Below, one piece after another: positions 9,731 through 19,248 of a DNA stretch of 59,804 nucleotides; position 1 is the stretch's first letter; every line of letters begins with the position of its first letter. The notes beneath the pieces are model-generated. The model was not told the origin of the DNA and did no database searches. It saw only the letters and a list, made by a program, of their open reading frames with translations. Origin of the DNA: a bacterium (GTDB lineage Bacteria > DUMJ01); NCBI GenBank assembly GCA_049970495.1, contig JBMFMV010000005.1, positions 1-59,804 of the forward strand, written 5' to 3'. The position numbers were made by a program, and so were the translations under genes.

Positions 9731-10768
9731 ATGAATTTAAAGAGGTATTCTATTTTACTAGTAATTACCCTACTACTAATGAGTAATGTTGTCTATGGGG
9801 AAAATGCGGTTCAGCTTACTATGGAATCTGCCATAGAGTTAGGGTTAAAGCAGAATCAGAGTGTAATAGATGCCAAGAGAAACCTTGAGGATGCAAGACA
9901 GTCTCTATTAGAGAAAGAAGGAGATCCTACTACACTTATAGTGGCATTAACGCAAGCTAGAAATAATTTTTCCTATGCTCAGGCTCAGTATAACTATGTT
10001 AGACTTCAGGTTACTCAAACAGTAAGGAGTAACTATTTTGCTGTATTAGAAGCTCAGAATCAGTTGAACCTAGCAAAGAAACAGTTAGAAGTGGCAAATG
10101 AGAACCTTAAGGCGGTAAAAATTAGAAGGTCTTTGGGTAATGCTACAGATACAGATGTGCTACAGGCAGAAAATAATGTTACATCTGTTCAGAATACAGT
10201 AGCTTCTTCTGAGGCTAATCTAAGGTCTGCAATTGATAAGTTACTACTCTCTATAGGAATGGATATATCTACCCCAGTTGTTTTAACAGAGCCAAGTTTT
10301 AAGGAGGTGAAAATTGATATAGAAGCCCTGAAGAAGCAGACACAGAGTAATCTTCCTACTGTAGTTCAGGCTAAGAATAGCTATGAACTAGCCAAGCTTC
10401 AGTATGATTTGGCTAACAACGAGTATACTCCTCAGAGTCAGATAAGGAGTGCTCAGCTTGCTCTAGAAAGTGCTCAAGATTCTTTAAAGCAGGTACTTGA
10501 TAATTTAGACCTTTCTATAAATACTGCCTATCAAAGTGTCCTTAATGCATTGAATCAGGTGAAATTACAAGAAAAGAATCTAGCCTTGGCAAGAAAGAAC
10601 TTAGAGACAGATAATGCTAGACTTAAGGTAGGAACAATAACTAAACTTCAGCTTATGAGTACAGAGGCTTCGCTCCTTAGTGCAGAGAATAGTTATAAAT
10701 CTAGTATATATAATTATCTAAAAGCCTTAGATGCTCTTTCAGTAGCAGTAGGGGTTCAGTTATTTTAG
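9731..10768 (+). CDS. Short TolC-family protein
   Basis: Signal peptide; two OEP-like helical repeats (V...Y..VL.A......A...L......R...G..T...) with little beta-barrel sequence. Confidence 0.8.
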   Translation: MNLKRYSILLVITLLLMSNVVYGENAVQLTMESAIELGLKQNQSVIDAKRNLEDARQSLLEKEGDPTTLIVALTQARNNFSYAQAQYNYVRLQVTQTVRSNYFAVLEAQNQLNLAKKQLEVANENLKAVKIRRSLGNATDTDVLQAENNVTSVQNTVASSEANLRSAIDKLLLSIGMDISTPVVLTEPSFKEVKIDIEALKKQTQSNLPTVVQAKNSYELAKLQYDLANNEYTPQSQIRSAQLALESAQDSLKQVLDNLDLSINTAYQSVLNALNQVKLQEKNLALARKNLETDNARLKVGTITKLQLMSTEASLLSAENSYKSSIYNYLKALDALSVAVGVQLF

Positions 10769-10777
10769 TTAAAATTT

Positions 10778-10803
10778 AAGACGGGGCTTTACCCCGTCTT
10801 TTT
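10778..10803. terminator. Bidirectional Rho-independent terminator
   Basis: AAGACGGGG-CTTTA-CCCCGTCTT then TTT, between convergent genes. Confidence 0.85.
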
Positions 10804-11554
10804 ATTTCCATAGACCTAACTCTTCTAGTATCTTTTTTAGAGTAGAACCCGCATTATCTCTTATTATTACGTTTGCCTTCCAGTCATAGGGAGTAGGGGT
10901 TTTATTTATCATTATTAGTCTGTTTTTCCTATAATACTCTATAAGCCCTGCCGCTGGGTATACTACTAAACTTGTCCCTATTACTATAAGGCAATCCGCT
11001 TCACTTATATATGTTATGGAGTCATCTATAATCTCAGGGTCAAGAGGTTCCTCGTATAAAACAACATCAGGTTTTATAATGCCACCACATCTATCACATT
11101 TGGGGACAAGATCCTTACTGTTTATCACATAATCTAACTCAAAAGACTTTTTGCAGGAGGTACAGTAATTTCTGTATATAGAACCATGAAGTTCTAAGAC
11201 ATTTCTAGATCCTGCTTTTTGGTGAAGACCATCTATATTTTGAGTTATAACAGCCTTAAGTTTTCCTATCTCTTCTAGTCTTGCCAGTGCTATATGGCAA
11301 GGGTTTGGTTGCGCATCCTTATGAATTATCTCCCTTTTATAAAATGCATAAAACTTGTCTGGATGTTTCACAAAAAAGCTATGACTCAACATTACTTCGG
11401 GAGGATAACCGTACTCTTCTTTTTCTTTCTTATATAATCCTTTATCTGACCTGAAATCTGGTATATTGCTTTCAGTAGACGCTCCTGCCCCAGTAAATGC
11501 CACTATATAGTTAGAGGAGTTTATAAACTCTATAGCCTGCTTTAGCTGCTCCAT
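10802..11554 (-). CDS. cobB: NAD-dependent protein deacylase (sirtuin)
   Basis: FTGAG.STES.IPDFR, ITQNIDGLH, ELHG, two CxxC and GTSL.VYPAA motifs. Confidence 0.95.
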   Translation of the reverse strand: MEQLKQAIEFINSSNYIVAFTGAGASTESNIPDFRSDKGLYKKEKEEYGYPPEVMLSHSFFVKHPDKFYAFYKREIIHKDAQPNPCHIALARLEEIGKLKAVITQNIDGLHQKAGSRNVLELHGSIYRNYCTSCKKSFELDYVINSKDLVPKCDRCGGIIKPDVVLYEEPLDPEIIDDSITYISEADCLIVIGTSLVVYPAAGLIEYYRKNRLIMINKTPTPYDWKANVIIRDNAGSTLKKILEELGLWK

Positions 11555-11647
11555 TATTTTCCTCCATTTAATATCTTTTTATTTATTCTAACATGATTTA
11601 ATGGTGTATTATAATGTAAAATAAAATCTTGTAGAGGTGATGATGCT

Positions 11648-13093
11648 ATGCTCAAAAATATACCATATGGTAAGATATTCCTTTTTATAACACTTGGTAT
11701 CTCTACTATTTGTATGGCTTCAATAGCTTATTCTTATATTTATAGGGCTATCTGTGCAATTAGATATCCTCAGCCACTAGACTATGGAGAAGGACCTATA
11801 CTCAACCAATTGAGGTATATACTCCAAGGAAGAAACTTCTACAAGGATATAAATTCTCCACCATACATTATTGGGAATTATCCACCTGTTTTCCATTTGT
11901 TTTCGCTCCTATTAGTTCCTGTATTTGGTATATCCTTTGGTACTGGTAGAACTATTGCTTTTTTGGCTGTTTTAGCTACTGCTTATATAATCTACAAGAT
12001 TGTTCTACACTTTACAGGAAATAGGATTGTTTCTCTTTTAAGTGCTCTGTTTTATTTAGCTATAGATTATGTCTACGTTTGGGGAATATATATGAGGATA
12101 GACACCCTATCTATATTCTTCAATATGCTTGGTATATATTGGGTAATAAGATATGAGGACGACTATAAAAGACTTAGGTGGTGCATACTGTTCTTTTTAC
12201 TTGCCTTATATACAAGGCAATCTATGATTGCTGGAGCCGCTGGGGCATATCTATATCTTCTAACAAAGGATAGAAAGATTGCTGGTAAACTTATAGGTTA
12301 TACAACATTATATGGTGCATTGATATTTCTTTTTCTTACAGCTATAACAAAGGGGCAGTTTTATCTGCATGTGGTAAAGTACAATAATAATATATTTACA
12401 ACAAGACAGCTCCTGTTCTTTATGTCAAAGGAGTTATTTACTTATACTACTTTTATAATGGTAAGCTTGATTACCTCTATCTTCTGGTTACAGGATAAAA
12501 AGAAGAGAATTATCAGTCTATATTTTATTTCTGCCTTTTTTGTCCAGCTTACTGTTGGTAAAGTCGGCTCTATGCTGAACTATCTTATAGAACCGGTAGG
12601 TATAATGGGTATAATTGTTGGGATACTTGTAGGAGAGGTCTTTAAAAGAAAGGATCAATTTGTCCCAGTAGTGGTATCGCTTTTAATATTACTTCAATTA
12701 ACAAATTACTACTATGGGCCCAATACCTTAAGTTGGGGTTGGAGACCTTCTCCTCCTCCAACTGCTCTCGATGAATATGTAGAGGAAACGAAAGGACTTA
12801 TTCTAGCAGAAAATCTAGGTATTCTGCCAGCACACAATAGAGATATATACTTCGATCCGTTTATATTTACACAACTCTACTATCAGGGGCTTTGGGATCA
12901 GACTAGGATAGTTGAGGAGATTAAAGAGAAAAAGTTTGACCTTATTATGTTGGAATTTAATCTTTACTATGACCACTGGAGTGATTCTGACAGATGGACA
13001 AAAGAGATGAAACAGGCTATGTATGAGAATTATTATCTGGTAGATACTCAAGGGTATATAAGGGTATATAAACCGATAAAGGGAGGATATTGA
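11648..13093 (+). CDS. Polytopic GT-C fold glycosyltransferase (GT39/ArnT-like)
   Basis: DYGEGP loop after the first TM, YPP, R.D motif, ~11 TM segments and a soluble C-terminal domain. Confidence 0.7.
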   Translation: MLKNIPYGKIFLFITLGISTICMASIAYSYIYRAICAIRYPQPLDYGEGPILNQLRYILQGRNFYKDINSPPYIIGNYPPVFHLFSLLLVPVFGISFGTGRTIAFLAVLATAYIIYKIVLHFTGNRIVSLLSALFYLAIDYVYVWGIYMRIDTLSIFFNMLGIYWVIRYEDDYKRLRWCILFFLLALYTRQSMIAGAAGAYLYLLTKDRKIAGKLIGYTTLYGALIFLFLTAITKGQFYLHVVKYNNNIFTTRQLLFFMSKELFTYTTFIMVSLITSIFWLQDKKKRIISLYFISAFFVQLTVGKVGSMLNYLIEPVGIMGIIVGILVGEVFKRKDQFVPVVVSLLILLQLTNYYYGPNTLSWGWRPSPPPTALDEYVEETKGLILAENLGILPAHNRDIYFDPFIFTQLYYQGLWDQTRIVEEIKEKKFDLIMLEFNLYYDHWSDSDRWTKEMKQAMYENYYLVDTQGYIRVYKPIKGGY

Positions 13094-13094
13094 T

Positions 13095-14120
13095 ATGAGG
13101 GAGTTAGTCGCAATAGAGCCTGGTAAGGCGATTCTAATAGATTATGAAGATGGAGAGTTAAAGCCCAATGAAGTCAGGATAAAGAGTGAGATTTCTGCAG
13201 AGAAGCATGGTACACATCTATCTTTCTTTCTAGGTAAGGTTCCAAATGTAGATAAAGAGTGGGATAAAGAATTAGAACTATTTGTTCCTAGAGAGGGTAA
13301 GTCTTCACTTTTTCCTTTCCGTCTTGGCAATATTACCATAGGAAGGGTAGTGGAAGTAGGGAAAGAGGTAAAGGGATTTGATGTAGGTGATAGGGTATGG
13401 GGTTATCTTCCTATAAGAGAGACGCATACTGTAGATGCTACTCGTGTAAACCATATACCTGAAGGTTTAACTGATGAAGAGGTCCTCTGTATAGACCCTG
13501 CTACTGTAGCATTAATGTCTGTTAGAGAAGGAAAATTTTCTCTTGGAGACAAGGTAGCAGTTTTTGGTTTAGGAGCTATTGGTCTTTTAACTGTTCAGAT
13601 GGCAAGATTGAATGGCGCTACCTTTATAGTAGCAGTGGACCCTATAAAAGAAAGGAGAGAATTGGCTCAAAGATTTGGTGCTGATCTAGTGTTGAGTCCA
13701 GATATTGATGTGGGTCTAGAAATAAAATTAGCTACAAATAATAAGGGAGTAGATGTCAGTGTAGAGACTAGTGGTTCATATAGAGCTTTACATCAAGCTA
13801 TAAGGGGAACTAGATACGGAGGAACTATAGTAACAACTTCCTTATATCATGGAGAAGCTCTTGGATTAGATTTAGGAGAAGAGTGGCATATAAATAGACA
13901 TACTATGGTTTCAGGTATTCGTGTAGAGAGTGAACCCTATAGAGATTATCCTAGATGGGATAGACAGAGAGTCTATGATACTGTGATCGATCTATTTAAG
14001 AAGAAACTTCTAGATGTAAATGGACTTTTGCATATTGTTCCTTTTGAAGAAGTTTTATCTGCCTACGAGACTCTAAAGGATAATCCTAATAGATGGATCA
14101 AGTTAGGGGTTAGATACTAA
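13095..14120 (+). CDS. MDR-family sugar dehydrogenase, YcjQ-like
   Basis: KHGT, LGN..IG, CIDPA, GLGAIG, ETSG and SEP..DYPRW.R.R motifs resemble E. coli YcjQ (from memory); no GHE motif. Confidence 0.75.
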   Translation: MRELVAIEPGKAILIDYEDGELKPNEVRIKSEISAEKHGTHLSFFLGKVPNVDKEWDKELELFVPREGKSSLFPFRLGNITIGRVVEVGKEVKGFDVGDRVWGYLPIRETHTVDATRVNHIPEGLTDEEVLCIDPATVALMSVREGKFSLGDKVAVFGLGAIGLLTVQMARLNGATFIVAVDPIKERRELAQRFGADLVLSPDIDVGLEIKLATNNKGVDVSVETSGSYRALHQAIRGTRYGGTIVTTSLYHGEALGLDLGEEWHINRHTMVSGIRVESEPYRDYPRWDRQRVYDTVIDLFKKKLLDVNGLLHIVPFEEVLSAYETLKDNPNRWIKLGVRY

Positions 14121-15344
14121 GATCTCCTCTTCTTTCTTTTCTTCTCTAACTATAAATAGCTCTTTTAGTCCCCTTAGAGATATTATTTTCCAGCTTGTAA
14201 ATAGGATAACAACTGCGCAGATTGTGAATATTATAGGTATCCTTACAGATTCAGCAATAATTCCTGATAGGCTCATAGAAATTGGTTGTAGTCCACCTAC
14301 AAAGAGTCCCAAAAGCCCGAAAAATCTACCCCTTTCTTCGCTAGGAACCATCAACTGAAGAGCAGCATTTATGTATATGTTGACGAATATATTTAAAAGC
14401 TGGATAATGAAAAAGAGTATAACAAGCTGAAGACTACTTAATGGGAGGGCAAGAAAACTAATAGTAATACCTTGTCCCATAAGTGAAAACTTAAACATAC
14501 TGTATTTTTTGTCTCCAGAAGGAGATATGGCAGATGTGATAAGAAGACCTACAAGACTTCCTATACCTCCTGCCCCAAGAACAAAGCCATATATAGATGC
14601 GTCTAAGTGGAGATAGGTCTTTATATAAACTGGAAGGAGTATAAAGAATGGGACGTAAAAGAAATTAAGCACTGCTGCTGTTATGCCTAATGTCATCAAA
14701 TTTTTGTCTTCTTTTAGTCTCTTTAGTACTTCCCCTATATCTCCAATAAAATTTATCTTCCCTTCCTTATATCTCTGTGGTATTTTAGTAAATATTGTAA
14801 ATATAGAGGCTATAAAAAAGGAAAATGAATTGAAGGCGAATAATAACCCAGCCCCTATAAATTTATAGAGTACTCCTCCTACCGATGGTCCTATTATCTC
14901 TGTAACCCTACCAGCTATAGAGAATAGGGAGTTCGCTCTAGGAAGGTCTTCTTTATCTACCATCTCAGGGATCGAAGAGGGGATACATGGATTAAAGAAA
15001 GCCGAACAGATACCTAAAAGAACAGTAAGGATAAAGATTTCGGATATGTCTAAGCCGTTTGTAAAATAGAATAGAACTAGAAGAGAAACTATAAGACCTC
15101 TTATAAGGTCAGTTAGAAATATAATCCTTTTCCTCGAATACTTATCTACAATTACCCCTGCAAATGGTCCTAGCACAAGGGAAGGGATATAGGCAAGGGC
15201 GGAGAGTGTTCCCATGATAGCGCTAGAGCCTGTTTTTTCAAGTATAAACCATATAAGAGCTATATAGTGAGCACTATCTCCTAGCCTTGATATAGATTGC
15301 CCTATCAATAAAAACGTTAGATCTTTATTCCAAATCTTTTTCAT
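14103..15344 (-). CDS. MFS transporter (DHA3/macrolide-efflux-like)
   Basis: GQSISRLGD, GPFAGVIVDKYSRK motif A, 12 TM, RGRFFG. Confidence 0.9.
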   Translation of the reverse strand: MKKIWNKDLTFLLIGQSISRLGDSAHYIALIWFILEKTGSSAIMGTLSALAYIPSLVLGPFAGVIVDKYSRKRIIFLTDLIRGLIVSLLVLFYFTNGLDISEIFILTVLLGICSAFFNPCIPSSIPEMVDKEDLPRANSLFSIAGRVTEIIGPSVGGVLYKFIGAGLLFAFNSFSFFIASIFTIFTKIPQRYKEGKINFIGDIGEVLKRLKEDKNLMTLGITAAVLNFFYVPFFILLPVYIKTYLHLDASIYGFVLGAGGIGSLVGLLITSAISPSGDKKYSMFKFSLMGQGITISFLALPLSSLQLVILFFIIQLLNIFVNIYINAALQLMVPSEERGRFFGLLGLFVGGLQPISMSLSGIIAESVRIPIIFTICAVVILFTSWKIISLRGLKELFIVREEKKEEEILVSNP

Positions 15345-15376
15345 CTAAACCTCCACTTTAAAATTTTATAACGTAT

Positions 15377-15405
15377 ATTATAATTTTATCAATTTTATTT
15401 GTCAA
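15377..15405 (-). promoter_or_regulatory. Consensus sigma70 promoter of the MFS gene
   Basis: Perfect TTGACA-17 nt-TATAAT on the minus strand. Confidence 0.8.
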
Positions 15406-15423
15406 TATTCAAAGATAGATTTC

Positions 15424-15452
15424 AAAAATTAAAGGCGAGCAATTCGCCCGCC
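15424..15452 (-). terminator. Terminator ending the sugar-catabolic operon
   Basis: GGCGGGC-GAATT-GCTCGCC-TTTAATTTTT. Confidence 0.75.
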
Positions 15453-15478
15453 ATATATTGAGATGTTTTTGTGGTGAA

Positions 15479-16531
15479 CTAGTAAAGCCAATTCCAGACA
15501 GTCTCAAAATACGCCATTATATTTTTAAAAGGCATACTATTGTCTAATTGGCCTGAAGATGAAGCAGATATTAAACCTCCACCCTTACCAGCTATTTCAA
15601 GGAAGCGTTTTGTCTCAGAAATAACTACCTCAGGTGTTGCAAATGATAGAATCTCTACTGCATCTAAGCCACCTACTAAAACTATTTTATTTCCATGTTT
15701 TTCCTTAAATGATTCATAATCCATTCCTGCTGATATCTCAAGAGGATTAAAACCATCTATGCCACAACAGATAAGAGCATCCATAGCTTTGCTTACATTC
15801 CCATCAGAATGAAATATAACCTTTATTCCCTTTGAATGAAGTGAATGACAAAATTCATATATAGATGGGAATAAAAGTTTCTCCAATAATGGAATCGGAT
15901 ATATTAAATTCTCTTTAAAGGCTATATCGTTCCATATAATAGCTACTGGAGAATCAGTTGGATCTGCCACTGCTTCTATCCACTGTAACGTAGCTTTATC
16001 ACGTGCTCTTGCCCAACGTTCAACCAACTCAGGGTAGTCAGCATATAGGTATATGCCTTGTTCTATTGTTCCTGGGAGAAAAGCAGCACTTATGCCTATA
16101 TGTATATATACCATACCATCAGCCCATTCATTTACTTTTTTCACATGCTCCTTATAAGCCATTATTTCCTCAGGTTTAGGCTTATAAGCTTCATATTCTT
16201 CTATCTCTTCTTTAATCTTTCTCGTAAGATTTTCCTGTGTCCAATCATAAGGCGGTATATCCCAAAATGTCCACCTTTCGTATACCCTACGCGTGCCATC
16301 TGGTAACAGTACTTCAGCAGGTTCGAAAGGTATTCCCTTTATTATTGGATGGCATAAATCAAGACATTTTGAGCAAGCTCGTATCCAAGCCTCCTCATCA
16401 CCTATAGGGATAGGTTTCCCTCCAAAATGTTCGAGAATATCATCATTGATAAGATAATCAAATATTGGTACCCTATCAGGTATCTCCCTATTTAATACTG
16501 CCATTACACGGTCTTTTTTAGTCCAACTCAT
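15479..16531 (-). CDS. Uroporphyrinogen decarboxylase-fold (URO-D-like) protein
   Basis: KDRV.AVLN.EIPDRVP N-terminus; NDIAFK, IFHSDGN, GFNPLE, GGLD and GGG motifs; probable start MSWTKK at 16531. Confidence 0.85.
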   Translation of the reverse strand: MSWTKKDRVMAVLNREIPDRVPIFDYLINDDILEHFGGKPIPIGDEEAWIRACSKCLDLCHPIIKGIPFEPAEVLLPDGTRRVYERWTFWDIPPYDWTQENLTRKIKEEIEEYEAYKPKPEEIMAYKEHVKKVNEWADGMVYIHIGISAAFLPGTIEQGIYLYADYPELVERWARARDKATLQWIEAVADPTDSPVAIIWNDIAFKENLIYPIPLLEKLLFPSIYEFCHSLHSKGIKVIFHSDGNVSKAMDALICCGIDGFNPLEISAGMDYESFKEKHGNKIVLVGGLDAVEILSFATPEVVISETKRFLEIAGKGGGLISASSSGQLDNSMPFKNIMAYFETVWNWLY

Positions 16532-16538
16532 ATATAGC

Positions 16539-17707
16539 CTACCTATAATGTTCACGTAATTCCTTGTGATAAGGAAGAGCAAATATATCATCAATAAGTT
16601 TATTTGCCTGCTCTACAGATGTTACCCATTTGTCTATTAAGACCAATTGAACTAGTAACTCTCGGCTTCCTCTGTTATAGGCTTCTAGTTCGAGCTCAAC
16701 AGGAGCAACTCTATCCCTTAAAATATGGGCAATTATAGGCTTAGGCAATCCTTTAGTCCGGATCCCCTCGATACCACGCTTACTTACGAGGGCAGGGATT
16801 TCAACCTCAAAGTCTCTTGGAATTCCAGGTATATATTCGCCGTCGTTCTGTATATTTACAATAATTACTCTAGGAATATCACAGGTAATAGATTCTATAA
16901 TAGGTATCATTGGTTCACCAGTAGACTGTTTTATATCTAACTGAAATGCTTTGGCAATCTTTACTGATTGGTCCTCCGCTACAGCTCTCAGTCTATTAGG
17001 AGTATTAGAAATATAATCAACATATTTCCACCACCACTCCCTTGAATCAGTACCCCATCGTTCTTCAACACTCTTGTCAGAATGGTACCACCATGGCCAT
17101 GAAGCACCGGTTATACTAGCGGTATCACCAATAGGAATAGCTCCCAACTTACGATATAAATCCATTTTCTTCTTGCCTAACGTGCCTTCTGGGTGGGTCT
17201 TCCAATATTCTTCTGTCTTGGTTTTGAGCCACTCATCTATCATAGGGAATATGTCCTGTCCTTTGTAATATGCGTGAGTAAGCCATATAAAGTGGTTCAC
17301 ACCTGCTATCTCAAAAGTCATATACTCCCTTTCAAGACCTAATACATCAGCAATTTCGTAAACTCCAGCAAAACCATGGCAAAGACCAACTAACTTTATA
17401 TTAGGGTACTTTCGATAGAGATGGGTTGTGCCAGCTAATACAGGATTTGAGACTAATAAGTGCCACGCATTAGGACAAATTTCAAGCATATCTTCAGTGA
17501 TACTTTCAAACAATTTTAATTGATAATAATTTAGCCAGAATGGTTCATCGTATAGAATATGTTATATGCTGAATTTAATCGCTCTTCATTTATATCCATA
17601 ATGCTTATAGTAGATCCATATAGATTCGGTGTTAGGCATAAGTCATGTATCAATCCAACAGTAAAAGACCCTCCAGCTCCTATAATACTTATCTTAATAT
17701 CACTCAC
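16539..17707 (-). pseudogene. GH4 glycoside hydrolase with internal deletion and frameshift
   Basis: N-terminal KISIIGAG...MDINEERLNSAY joins out of frame to HILYDEPFWLNYYQLKLFES. About 62 codons present in the paralog at 19249-20595 are missing. Confidence 0.88.
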
Positions 17708-17748
17708 AGCAAAATGCGCCTCCTTTTTTATCACCTTAGCGATGAGGT

Positions 17749-19239
17749 CTATGTCCTACAGTAGTTGTACAGTTTCTTATATAGAGAAAGGTAGTCCTGA
17801 TATACTTTTTCATAAAAAATAGAGACCTTAGGATCTGGTTTAAAGACTCTGACAATTTTTACTGCCCTCTCAACTGCATCTTTGTAGTTAGAGAAGATTC
17901 CGCATCCAATACCTGCTAATATCCCTGCCCCTAAGACAGAAGCCTCACTATAAAGGGGAACTTCTACTGGTAGATTTAATACATCTGATTTCATCTGAAG
18001 CCAAATATCGCTCTTAGAAGCTCCACCTAGAGCTCTCACCCTCTCTACAGGGATAGAGAGAGACCTTAATAGGTCTATATTCTCCCTTAGCATAAATGAA
18101 ACCGCCTCGACTATGGCCCTTATAAAATGAGCTCGGCTATGATTCAAAGTTACACCAACAAATGCTCCTCTAGCATTAGGGTTGAAGTTTGGGCAAAAAC
18201 TTCCGTTAAAATATGGAATAACTATGAGTCCATCAGACCCAGGTGGTATTTGATTTGCAAGGGATAACATCCTATCATAATCCTCTATTCCATTGATGGA
18301 GGGGAAATTGTCTCTAAACCATCTTAATAGAATTCCTGCTGTCTCTGTATATGGCATAAGAATATATTTGTTCGGTATACAATGAGGAGAGCATGGAACT
18401 CTTCTTTGAGGATCAAAGATAGGTTCATCGGTAGTAGCTATTATAGCTAAGGCAGTGCCAGTAGTCTCCGTTATAATACCTGGTTTAATATTCCCTGCAC
18501 CTAAGGCACCTACCATTTGATCCATACCCCCATTTATAACAGGAATACCTGAGGGTAAACCAAGTTCCTTACTAACCTCTAAGTTAATCCTCCCTATCAG
18601 AGTATGAGATTCCATAATACTAGGCAGTTTTTCGTGTCCTATACCCAAGATATTTAGCGCATCATCCCACCAATCCCTCTTTACAATACTAAGATAACCA
18701 GTAGAGGATGAAACTGAAGGATCAGTAACAAATTCACCTGTTAGCTTCCAGATGAGATAGTCTTTTAGCACAAGAAACTTCGAAGTCTTACCAAAGATAT
18801 CTGGCTCATTTCTTTTGATCCATAAGATCTTACATATAGGCCACATTGGAGAAACTTCAGGTAATCCGGTAGTTCTATACCATAGTTCGATAGGAATTTC
18901 TCTACCAATAATCTCTGATTCTTCCACTGCCCTCGAGTCTAACCAAACTATCACATTTCTTAGTACTTTCCCTTCCTTATCCAAGCAGACTAAGGTCTCT
19001 CCCTGACTAGATAGGCCAATTGCAACTATTGAGGCAGAAGAAACGCTAGATTTTTCTAACACATCTCTTATCCCAGCTTTGCAGCTATTCCAGTATGTAT
19101 CAGCATAAGATTCTACTCTGTTATTTGAGGAAGTCTTCAGTGAATACTCCTGGATAGATAAAGAAACAAGCCCCCCTTTTTCATTAATCAATCCAACTTT
19201 AATCGAAGTAGTACCTATATCTATCCCCAATAGATACAT
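17749..19239 (-). CDS. FGGY-family carbohydrate kinase (xylulokinase-like)
   Basis: LGIDIGTTSIK, SSQGE, WLDSRA, GGMDQ, TGT and LGGASKS motifs. Confidence 0.92.
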   Translation of the reverse strand: MYLLGIDIGTTSIKVGLINEKGGLVSLSIQEYSLKTSSNNRVESYADTYWNSCKAGIRDVLEKSSVSSASIVAIGLSSQGETLVCLDKEGKVLRNVIVWLDSRAVEESEIIGREIPIELWYRTTGLPEVSPMWPICKILWIKRNEPDIFGKTSKFLVLKDYLIWKLTGEFVTDPSVSSSTGYLSIVKRDWWDDALNILGIGHEKLPSIMESHTLIGRINLEVSKELGLPSGIPVINGGMDQMVGALGAGNIKPGIITETTGTALAIIATTDEPIFDPQRRVPCSPHCIPNKYILMPYTETAGILLRWFRDNFPSINGIEDYDRMLSLANQIPPGSDGLIVIPYFNGSFCPNFNPNARGAFVGVTLNHSRAHFIRAIVEAVSFMLRENIDLLRSLSIPVERVRALGGASKSDIWLQMKSDVLNLPVEVPLYSEASVLGAGILAGIGCGIFSNYKDAVERAVKIVRVFKPDPKVSIFYEKVYQDYLSLYKKLYNYCRT

Positions 19240-19248
19240 AGGGCTACT

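Noticed and set aside
17557-17568. CATAT duplicated at the GH4 deletion junction as a microhomology scar, or a programmed frameshift
   Set aside because: Microhomology deletion leaves one copy, not two; a frameshift could not restore the 62 missing codons
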